Positions 1-7,152 of a stretch of DNA of 43,753 nucleotides are shown in pieces. The position numbers were made by a program, and so were the translations under genes. The DNA comes from an uncultured Oscillospiraceae bacterium (GTDB taxonomy: Bacteria; Bacillota; Clostridia; Oscillospirales; Butyricicoccaceae): the NCBI GenBank assembly GCA_964605215.1, contig CAZSBD010000001.1, positions 1 to 43,753 on the forward strand, read 5' to 3'. The notes beneath the pieces were generated by a model. It did not search any database. It saw only the letters and a list, made by a program, of their open reading frames with translations, and was not told where the DNA came from. The number at the start of each line of letters is the position of its first letter. Positions within the stretch are counted from its first letter, which is position 1.

Positions 1-513
1 CCGGAAACCGAGTCCCAGGGCCGTGTTCAGACCTCTACGGCTACGGTTGCCGTTTTGCCTGAAGCGGAAGAAGTGGACTTTGAAATCAATCCCGCAGATT
101 TGCAAATCGACACCTTCCGTTCTTCCGGTGCCGGCGGCCAGCACATCAACAAGACCGAGTCCGCCATCCGTATCACCCACCTGCCCACCGGCGTTGTGGT
201 GGAGTGTCAGGATGAGCGTTCCCAGTATAAAAATAAGGATAAGGCCCTCAAAGTGCTCCGTTCCCGGCTGTATGAGGCGGAGCTGGAAAAGCAGAACGCT
301 GCCATTGCCGCTGAGCGTAAGAGCCAGGTGGGTACCGGTGACCGTTCCGAGCGGATCCGTACCTACAACTATCCGGAAAACCGAATCTCCGACCATCGGA
401 TCAAGCTGACCCTGTACAAGCTGGATCAGTTTATGGACGGCGTCCTGGATGAGGTCATTGACGCTTTGATCACTGCGGCTCAGGCGGAAAAGCTGGCGGC
501 TGTGGATCAGTAA
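1..513 (+). CDS. prfA: peptide chain release factor 1, C-terminal portion (5' end lies outside the window)
   Basis: Frame +1 is open from base 1 to the TAA at 511-513. The translation begins [25 protein letters not shown] (RF1-type PxT motif) and contains [24 protein letters not shown] (universal GGQ motif). Confidence 0.9.
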   Translation, partial: PETESQGRVQTSTATVAVLPEAEEVDFEINPADLQIDTFRSSGAGGQHINKTESAIRITHLPTGVVVECQDERSQYKNKDKALKVLRSRLYEAELEKQNAAIAAERKSQVGTGDRSERIRTYNYPENRISDHRIKLTLYKLDQFMDGVLDEVIDALITAAQAEKLAAVDQ

Positions 514-573
514 AAAGCCCCTGCATATCCGTCCCCTGTCCCTCATAAGAATTATGGACAGGGAGATGATCGT

Positions 574-1305
574 TTGACTTTGACCACTATTACCCTATAT
601 GGCCTTTTCACCGGGGTGGCAGGCACGGGCCTGGGCGGTGTTCTGGGCCTGTTCTGCCGCGAAAAAAGCGCCGCTTTTTTGTCCTCGGTTTTGTCCTATG
701 CCGCCGGAGCTATGCTGGCGGTGGTCACCTTCAGCCTGCTGCCGGAAGCCTTTTCCCAGGCTTCCCTGCCTCTGGTTCTTTGGGGGGTGGGGGCTGGTGT
801 GGCTTTTCTCACCTTTTCCGAGAGCTTTAGCGATAAACGCCAAAAGACGGACAGCGACTGCGGCCATATGCGCCGCCTGGGACTGGTGATTGCCATCGGC
901 ATTGCCCTGCACAACCTGCCGGAAGGCCTGGCCATCGGCAGCGGTATGCAAGCCGCCCCCGGTCTGGGTTTTTCCCTGATGGTCACCATCCTCTTACACG
1001 ATGTACCCGAAGGCCTTTCTATGGCCATCCCCCTGCAAAAGGGACGGATGCGGCCCCCACAGGCGGTGTGGATCTGTGTCCTTTCCGGCCTGCCCACAGG
1101 AGTGGGCGCCTTTTTGGGCGCGGCGGCCGGTTCCGTGTCTCCTTCCGTGCTGGCTTTTTGTCTCAGCCTTGCGGCGGGGGCTATGCTGTATGTGACGGCA
1201 TCCGACATTCTGCCCCAGGCGCAGACCCTGTATCCCGGCCGGATTCCTGGCGCATTTATGATCCTAGGCGTAATAACTGGTATGATTATTTCTATTTGTA
1301 TATAA
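574..1305 (+). CDS. ZIP-family divalent metal (zinc) transporter
   Basis: 243-aa multi-pass hydrophobic ORF with a TTG start downstream of GGGAG. It carries the paired ZIP signatures HNLPEGLAIG and HDVPEGLSMAIP. Confidence 0.75.
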   Translation: MTLTTITLYGLFTGVAGTGLGGVLGLFCREKSAAFLSSVLSYAAGAMLAVVTFSLLPEAFSQASLPLVLWGVGAGVAFLTFSESFSDKRQKTDSDCGHMRRLGLVIAIGIALHNLPEGLAIGSGMQAAPGLGFSLMVTILLHDVPEGLSMAIPLQKGRMRPPQAVWICVLSGLPTGVGAFLGAAAGSVSPSVLAFCLSLAAGAMLYVTASDILPQAQTLYPGRIPGAFMILGVITGMIISICI

Positions 1306-1316
1306 CGAGGTATCCC

Positions 1317-2945
1317 ATGCAAACCCTATATTTAGACCCGGCAGCGGATGAAAACGCTATCCAAACTGCCGCCACCCTGCTTTTGCAGGGCGGAATCGTG
1401 GGCATTCCCACAGAGACGGTCTACGGTCTGGCAGCCAATGCTCTGGACGGTCAAGCCGTCCGGAAAATCTTCCAGGCCAAGGGCCGTCCCCAGGACAATC
1501 CCCTCATCGTCCATGTGGCGGATTTTGACCAGATCCCTTCCCTGGTTTCCTACCTGCCGGAAGGGGCGAAAAAGCTGGCCGATGCCTTTTGGCCCGGCCC
1601 TATGACCATCATTATGCCCAAGGGAGATTGTATCCCGGAGGAGGTTTCCGCTGGCCTCGACACGGTGGGCATCCGCATGCCCTCCCATCCCATAGCCCGG
1701 GCCTTGATCCGGCTGGCAGGCGTGCCGCTGGCGGCTCCCTCTGCCAATCTATCCGGCCGGCCCTCCACCACCACCGCCCAGCATGTGCTGGAGGACTTAA
1801 ACGGCAAAATCGCCGCTGTGTTGGAAGGGGGCAGTTGTTCCGTAGGTGTGGAATCCACGGTCATCTCCCTGGCTACGCAGCCGCCCCGGCTGCTGCGGCC
1901 CGGCGGGATTTCCCTGGAGCAGCTCCGTTCTGTTTTGGGAGAAGTGGAAGTGGACAAGGCTCTCTATGAAAAAATTGATAACAGCGCCAAGGTTTCCGCG
2001 CCGGGCATGAAATACCGCCACTATGCCCCTAAGGCCTCTGTGACCGTATTCACCGGCAATCCGGCTCAGACTGCCCGGTGTATCGCCCGGTTTGCCCGGA
2101 AAACCAGCGGTGTTTTATGCTTTGATGAATATCAAGACGATTTTCCCCAGGCGGGAGCTGTCCTGACCTTTGGCAGTCAGGATAATGTACCCGACCAGGC
2201 TCAGCATGTTTTTGACGCCCTGCGCCATTTTGATAAAACATCGGTCACCGAAATCTACGCCCAGTGTCCGGATGACCGAGGCATGGGCCTGGCTGTGGCC
2301 AACCGGCTGAAAAAGGCGGCGGGCTTTCATGTCATCGCCCTGCCCCGGGTTTCCATCATCGGCCTGACCGGCGGCTCGGGCACGGGAAAGGGCGCCGTGG
2401 CGGCGGAATTTGCAAAACTGGGCATTCCCTCTGTGGATGCCGACGCTGTCTATCACCAGCTGCTGGTAGAAAACACAGCCATGCTGCAGGAAATCGCCCA
2501 GCGCTTTGGAACCGATATCCTGGACGGCCAAGGTATGCTTTTGCGGAAAAAGCTGGGGGCCAAGGTCTTTGGCAATCCGGCGGCTCTGAAGGAGCTGTCC
2601 GCTATGACAGATCCCTACATCTTAAAGGCCTGCTTTGCCCGCATGGACGCTTTGGCTCAACAGGGTGCCAAAACCGTCCTCTTTGATGCCCCTACTTTGT
2701 TTCAGACCGGCGGCAACCGTTACTGCGACGCGGTTTTATCTGTGCTGGCCCCGGAGGAGACCCGCATCCAGCGGATTATGAACCGGGACGAGGTTTCCCG
2801 GGAATATGCTGCCTCCCGTATTTACGCCCAGCCCAAGGACGATTGGTATCGGGAGCGGTCGGATTACATCCTGGTCAATGACGGAAATCTGGAACAGTTA
2901 AACCATTATGTGCGAAATATTTTCAAACAAATCGAAAAGGAGTAA
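1317..2945 (+). CDS. fusion protein: L-threonylcarbamoyladenylate synthase (Sua5/TsaC type) plus dephospho-CoA kinase (CoaE) domain
   Basis: ATG at 1317 follows GAGG; the ORF-track start at 1068 overlaps the ZIP gene and is rejected. The N-terminal ~340 aa look like YrdC/Sua5 (GGIVGIPTETVYGLAANA, PLAAPSANLSGRPSTT). The C-terminal ~200 aa look like CoaE (P-loop IIGLTGGSGTGKG, SVDADAVYH, LFDAPTLF). The frame is uninterrupted. Confidence 0.8.
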   Translation: MQTLYLDPAADENAIQTAATLLLQGGIVGIPTETVYGLAANALDGQAVRKIFQAKGRPQDNPLIVHVADFDQIPSLVSYLPEGAKKLADAFWPGPMTIIMPKGDCIPEEVSAGLDTVGIRMPSHPIARALIRLAGVPLAAPSANLSGRPSTTTAQHVLEDLNGKIAAVLEGGSCSVGVESTVISLATQPPRLLRPGGISLEQLRSVLGEVEVDKALYEKIDNSAKVSAPGMKYRHYAPKASVTVFTGNPAQTARCIARFARKTSGVLCFDEYQDDFPQAGAVLTFGSQDNVPDQAQHVFDALRHFDKTSVTEIYAQCPDDRGMGLAVANRLKKAAGFHVIALPRVSIIGLTGGSGTGKGAVAAEFAKLGIPSVDADAVYHQLLVENTAMLQEIAQRFGTDILDGQGMLLRKKLGAKVFGNPAALKELSAMTDPYILKACFARMDALAQQGAKTVLFDAPTLFQTGGNRYCDAVLSVLAPEETRIQRIMNRDEVSREYAASRIYAQPKDDWYRERSDYILVNDGNLEQLNHYVRNIFKQIEKE

Positions 2946-2951
2946 ACTCAT

Positions 2952-4343
2952 ATGACGGACAAGGAACTTTTTTACGATAAAAAAACCGGCTTTGACCGGC
3001 TGGGACAGGATGAGCAGCAGGCCATCCACTTTTACGCGGAGGGCTACAAAAGCTTCCTGGACGAAGGCAAGACCGAGCGTGACGCCGCCGCTTATATGGT
3101 GCGGGAGGCGCGGGCTCACGGCTTCCGTCCCTACAAGCGGGGCGAGGCTTTGCAGCCTGGCGACCGGATCTATAAGGTAAACCGGGAGAAGGGTCTGGTT
3201 ATGGCGGTTATCGGCAAGGAGAGCCTGGCCAAAGGCGCCCAGATCACAGCGGCTCACATCGACTCCCCCCGCATTGACATCCGCACCATTCCAGTTTACG
3301 AGGATGACCACCTGGCCTTTTTTAAGACCCATTACTACGGCGGCATCAAAAAATATCAGTGGCCCACCATCCCGCTGGAGCTGCGGGGCGTGGTTTCCCG
3401 TTACACAGACAGGGGTCTGGAAAATATTGACATCCATATCGGCAACAAGCCGGAGGATCCGGTTTTCGTCATCACCGACCTGCTGCCCCACCTGGCTTCC
3501 CAGCAGATGCAAAAGCCCATGATCAAAGGCATCGAGGCGGAAAAAATGAACATCCTGGTTGGCTCTGTGCCGGATAACAGCGAGGAGGATGCCAAGGATA
3601 AGGTAAAACTAGCCGTAATGAAATTCTTAAATAATACTTATGGTATTACAGAGGAGGATTTCCTGTCTGCGGAGATCGCTGCGGTTCCCGCTTTTAACGC
3701 ACGGGATATCGGCTTTGACCGGAGCATGATCGGCGCTTACGGTCACGATGACCGGGTTTGCGCTTACCCGGCAGCCACCGCCCTGTTTGACCTGGATGAG
3801 ATTCCTGCCAAAACCGCCATCTGCCTGCTGGTGGATAAAGAAGAGATCGGCTCCGAGGGCGTGACCGGTATGAAGAGCCAGTTCTTCGATATGTTTATCA
3901 ATGACCTGTGCCGTTCCCAGGCGGTGCTGCGGGAGGATTTCTGCGAAAATTCCACCTGCCTGTCCGCCGATGTTTCCAACGCCTATGATCCCAATTTCCC
4001 GGAGGTTTCCGACAAGCGGAACGACGCCAAGATAAACTGCGGCCTGATTATCACCAAATACACCGGCGCCCGGGGCAAGAGCGAGACCAACGACGCTTCC
4101 GCCGAGCTGATGGCCAAGATCCGCTACATGATGCGGGACATCTGCTGGCAGACCGGCCAGCTGGGCAAGGTAGATCAGGGCGGCGGCGGTACGGTGGCTA
4201 TGTATATGGCAAGCCGCAACATTGAAACCGTGGACGCCGGCGTGCCGGTACTGTCCATGCATGCCCCCTTTGAGGTCATCGCCAAGCTGGATCTGTATAT
4301 GGCATACCAGGGCTTCGGCGCATTCTATCGGTTTGAAAAATAG
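2952..4343 (+). CDS. M18-family aminopeptidase (aminopeptidase 1-like)
   Basis: 463-aa ORF with AAGGAG 8 nt upstream of the ATG. The N-terminus (MTDKELFYDKKTGFDRL...FLDEGKTERDA), HIDSPRIDI, GHDDRVCAY and EEIGSEG metal-ligand-like motifs fit the clostridial M18 aminopeptidase family, recognised from memory. Confidence 0.7.
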   Translation: MTDKELFYDKKTGFDRLGQDEQQAIHFYAEGYKSFLDEGKTERDAAAYMVREARAHGFRPYKRGEALQPGDRIYKVNREKGLVMAVIGKESLAKGAQITAAHIDSPRIDIRTIPVYEDDHLAFFKTHYYGGIKKYQWPTIPLELRGVVSRYTDRGLENIDIHIGNKPEDPVFVITDLLPHLASQQMQKPMIKGIEAEKMNILVGSVPDNSEEDAKDKVKLAVMKFLNNTYGITEEDFLSAEIAAVPAFNARDIGFDRSMIGAYGHDDRVCAYPAATALFDLDEIPAKTAICLLVDKEEIGSEGVTGMKSQFFDMFINDLCRSQAVLREDFCENSTCLSADVSNAYDPNFPEVSDKRNDAKINCGLIITKYTGARGKSETNDASAELMAKIRYMMRDICWQTGQLGKVDQGGGGTVAMYMASRNIETVDAGVPVLSMHAPFEVIAKLDLYMAYQGFGAFYRFEK

Positions 4344-4357
4344 TACAAATATGAAAA

Positions 4358-4390
4358 AAGACCCGACCAAAAGCGGGTCTTTCTTATTTG
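4358..4390. terminator. bidirectional rho-independent terminator between convergent genes
   Basis: Stem AAGACCCG (4358-4365) pairs with CGGGTCTT (4374-4381). It has an A-run upstream and TTCTTATTT downstream, and sits between the aminopeptidase stop and the minus-strand gene stop at 4384. Confidence 0.7.
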
Positions 4391-4701
4391 CATTGCCGGA
4401 TATGATCGCTTCCATTCTCTTTCCGGCTAGGATTTTGGGGATACCAGCCCTTTGCCACCCGCCGGGTCTGCTCCTTCAGTTCCTTAATGCTCCACAGGCA
4501 GGTGAAGCCCAGCACCCCCAAAAGACTGGAAATCAGCGGCCCTTCAAACCGGGTGGAACAAAAGATAAACACAAGACCCAGGATCAGGAAATATTTCCAC
4601 ACCTTATCCGTAAAATAATACTCACATTTGATAACGATGGGATGAAAAATGCCGATAATGAGAAAAGACAAAATGCCGATCAAAATTCCCTGAAAATTCA
4701 T
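4384..4701 (-). CDS. small integral membrane protein (three hydrophobic segments; DUF4491-like)
   Basis: 105-aa ORF with AAGGAGAGAGAT immediately before the ATG. The sequence is hydrophobic (MNFQGILIGILSFLIIGIFHPIV...). The family assignment is from memory only. Confidence 0.55.
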   Translation of the reverse strand: MNFQGILIGILSFLIIGIFHPIVIKCEYYFTDKVWKYFLILGLVFIFCSTRFEGPLISSLLGVLGFTCLWSIKELKEQTRRVAKGWYPQNPSRKENGSDHIRQCK

Positions 4702-4820
4702 ATCTCTCTCCTTGATCCATTGGATTTAAGGCGCTCTCCTCACAAAAAGGCCTTTTGTCACAAAACGACCCGAACCTTTTGATCCGGGCCGCTGTTCCTC
4801 TTTTGTAAAAAAATTTGAAT

Positions 4821-5294
4821 TTATTTTTTGCCTTTGGCTGTGATATGCTCCACCGTCAGCGCATATACCTTGGCAGCCTTTCCGGAAGCGGCAATATACT
4901 TTTCTCCTGCTTCCTTGAAATCTGCGGAAAACTTATGAAGCAGCTTCCGGAATACCCGCAGACGCTCCTCTTCCTCTGTGACTTCCGCCACCTGACCAAA
5001 AGCAATGACGCTGCGGAATTTGGTGTTAAAGTCATCGGGGATCAGAGCTACATCCGTCACCACGCAGAAAGAAGCCTTGGCGTTAAATGCCAAATTATCC
5101 ACCTTATGACCCTCTGTGGCAGAATGGAACCAGATCTTCCCCTCTCTTGCATCATATACGAAATTTACCGGCACGCCATAAGGCATTCCATCCGCATCGA
5201 CGGTGGACAAAACCCCATACTCTTCTCTTGCCATAATCTCGTTCAGTTCTTCTTGAGACAACGCTTTATCTTTTCTTCTCATTTCCCGAACCAT
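4821..5294 (-). CDS. pyridoxamine 5'-phosphate oxidase-like FMN-binding protein (Nim/PNPOx superfamily)
   Basis: 157-aa ORF with AGGAGG 7 nt upstream. Its pattern (MRRKDKALSQEELNEIMAREEYGVLSTVDADGMPYGVPVNFVY...IWFHSATEGHKVDNL) is typical of the split-barrel flavoprotein family. Confidence 0.75.
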   Translation of the reverse strand: MVREMRRKDKALSQEELNEIMAREEYGVLSTVDADGMPYGVPVNFVYDAREGKIWFHSATEGHKVDNLAFNAKASFCVVTDVALIPDDFNTKFRSVIAFGQVAEVTEEEERLRVFRKLLHKFSADFKEAGEKYIAASGKAAKVYALTVEHITAKGKK

Positions 5295-5418
5295 AAATTT
5301 TCCTCCTGTTCTTTGTTTTTTACACGACTTATGATACCATGAGCATAAAAGAAAACCGGCCCAAAGTAAAGAGCCAATTCCGACAAAATTTATACAGCCA
5401 ATTTTAGGAGGGATTTTT

Positions 5419-6819
5419 ATGCTATGGATTGACCGCCAATCGCCCCAGCCCCTATACCGTCAGCTTTATCAGCAGCTGCGGCAGCAGATTCTGGACGGTA
5501 CCCTGCCTGCCGGCTGCGTCCTTTCCCCCACCCGGGTGCTGGCTCATTCCCTGGGAGTGAGCCGCAACACCGTGGACACCGCCTACAGCCAGCTTTGCGC
5601 GGAAGGCTATGTGGATGCCAAAGGCGGCAGCGGCTTTGTGGTACAGGCCTTGGGGGCGCCTTATCCTGTCCCGGCCATGCCGGCTCCTATCCCTCACGAA
5701 CAGGGCGTGGACACTGTCATCCCTTACAACTTTCAATACGGCCGCCTGAGCCTGGCAGATTTCCCCCTTTCCTCCTGGCGCAAAGCCCTAAACCGCGCCC
5801 TCACCCAGGAGGGGTCAGAATGCCTGATGGCCTACAACGACCGGATGGGACAGCCCGGCCTGCGGCATGCCCTGTGCCGCTATCTGTTTTCCTCCCGGGG
5901 GGTACGCTGCACCCCGGAGCAGCTGATTATCACCTCCGGTACCCTATCCGCCGTCAGTCTGCTGTGCCAGCTTTTGGGGACAGGCAGCCCGGTGGCCATA
6001 GAGGATCCGGGTTATGATTCCATCCGCCATGTGCTGGAAAACCACGGCATGGCTGTACAGCCTGTGGCTGTGGAAAAGGACGGTATTTCCCTTGCCGCCT
6101 TGGCGCAGACCGAGGCAAAAGGGGTTTATCTCACGCCCTCCCATCAGTTCCCTACCGGGGCGGTGATGCCCATCGGCAAGCGGCTGCAGCTGCTCGCTCT
6201 GGCACAGGAGCATGGCTTTTATGTGCTGGAGGATGATTATGACAGTGAATTCCGCTACGACAGCGATCCCATTCCTTCCCTGCAATCCCTGGATTCCCAA
6301 GGCAGCGTCGTTTATTTGGGCACCGTATCCAAGGCCTTTGCTCCCGGCCTGCGGCTGGCTTATGCGGTGCTGCCTCCTTCCCTGCTGGATATCTGGAATA
6401 CCCGCTTTACCCGCTACAACTGTCCCGTCCCCTGGACTGAGCAGACTGCCCTGGCCAGCCTGATGGAGGACGGCACATGGCAGCGCCATCTGCGCCGGGC
6501 CTGCCGGATCTATGAGAAAAAACGAAACACCATGATAGACGCCATGAAAAAATCTTTCCGAGATCGGGTTACCATCCAGGGAACAGACGCCGGTTTCCAT
6601 CTTTTGGTGCAGATCCCCACAGCTCCCAGCGAAGACTGGCTCATAGACCGGGCTGCCATGTATCATGTCAAGGTTTATCCCGTCTCCCGTTACTGGGCAG
6701 ATCCGGCAAATTGTCCTGCCCCTATGGTTTTGCTGGGCTTCAGCAGCCTGACGCCGGAGGAGATCCGGGAGGGAATCGCCCGGCTGGAAAAAGCGTGGTT
6801 TTCCCCGGTGGAGGAATAA
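5419..6819 (+). CDS. MocR/GabR-type regulator (GntR winged-HTH fused to a PLP-dependent aminotransferase-like domain)
   Basis: 466-aa ORF with AGGAGGG upstream. It has an N-terminal GntR HTH (PLYRQLYQQLRQQILDGTLPAGCVLSPTRVLAHSLGVSRNTV) and a fold-type-I aminotransferase body with a PLP-lysine context (YLGTVSKAFAPGLRLAY). It is divergent from the PNPOx-like gene. Confidence 0.85.
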   Translation: MLWIDRQSPQPLYRQLYQQLRQQILDGTLPAGCVLSPTRVLAHSLGVSRNTVDTAYSQLCAEGYVDAKGGSGFVVQALGAPYPVPAMPAPIPHEQGVDTVIPYNFQYGRLSLADFPLSSWRKALNRALTQEGSECLMAYNDRMGQPGLRHALCRYLFSSRGVRCTPEQLIITSGTLSAVSLLCQLLGTGSPVAIEDPGYDSIRHVLENHGMAVQPVAVEKDGISLAALAQTEAKGVYLTPSHQFPTGAVMPIGKRLQLLALAQEHGFYVLEDDYDSEFRYDSDPIPSLQSLDSQGSVVYLGTVSKAFAPGLRLAYAVLPPSLLDIWNTRFTRYNCPVPWTEQTALASLMEDGTWQRHLRRACRIYEKKRNTMIDAMKKSFRDRVTIQGTDAGFHLLVQIPTAPSEDWLIDRAAMYHVKVYPVSRYWADPANCPAPMVLLGFSSLTPEEIREGIARLEKAWFSPVEE

Positions 6820-6894
6820 ATTTCTTCCCCTGTTTTCGGTTGCATTTTCTTTTTTTCCATAGTAAAATTGAACTGCTGATTTTAAAATCTTACA

Positions 6895-7115
6895 GGATAA
6901 GTTAAAGCTTACCCTCAGCTTGTCAATAAAAGCCTTTTGCGCGAAGCGCATATTGAGATATCAAAAAACCTGGCGTATACGTAATTTCTTTGACGCTTTC
7001 CGCTTAGAAAATCGCATCTTCTGGCTTTTTCTAAGCGCCTGGCATTCTGAAAGAGAATGTCCTTGTCGAAAAACTGTAGTTTTCCGACAGTCTCAGGGTA
7101 GGTTAAAGCCTACCC
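6895..7115 (+). repeat. structured intergenic repeat, copy 1: ~181-bp core (6915-7095) bracketed by two ~20-bp hairpin copies
   Basis: The core aligns along its whole length with 18352-18536 (shared blocks include tcagcttgtc, ttttgcgcgaagcgc, attgagatatc, cgcttagaaaatcgc, ggctttttctaagcgcctggcattct, cttgtcgaaaaactgtagtttt and cgacagtctca). Flanks are GGATAAGTTAAAGCTTACCC (6895-6914) and GGGTAGGTTAAAGCCTACCC (7096-7115). Confidence 0.8.
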
Positions 7116-7152
7116 TTTTGGTTTTGTTTTTTCCCGGAAAGGAGCCTGCTTT

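Noticed and set aside
514-573. A 9-bp-stem hairpin (CCCTGTCC.../...GGACAGGG) between prfA and the ZIP gene, considered as a metal-responsive riboswitch or terminator.
   Set aside because: It is too short for any known riboswitch and has no T-tract after the stem. The right arm overlaps the ZIP RBS (GGGAG), so at most it is a simple translational or processing hairpin. I cannot support more.
1068-1316. An 83-codon N-terminal extension of the Sua5-CoaE ORF as listed in the ORF track.
   Set aside because: It overlaps the 3' end of the ZIP transporter gene in another frame. Its sequence is Arg/Gly-rich and not protein-like. A proper RBS and ATG exist at 1317, where the conserved Sua5 N-terminus begins.
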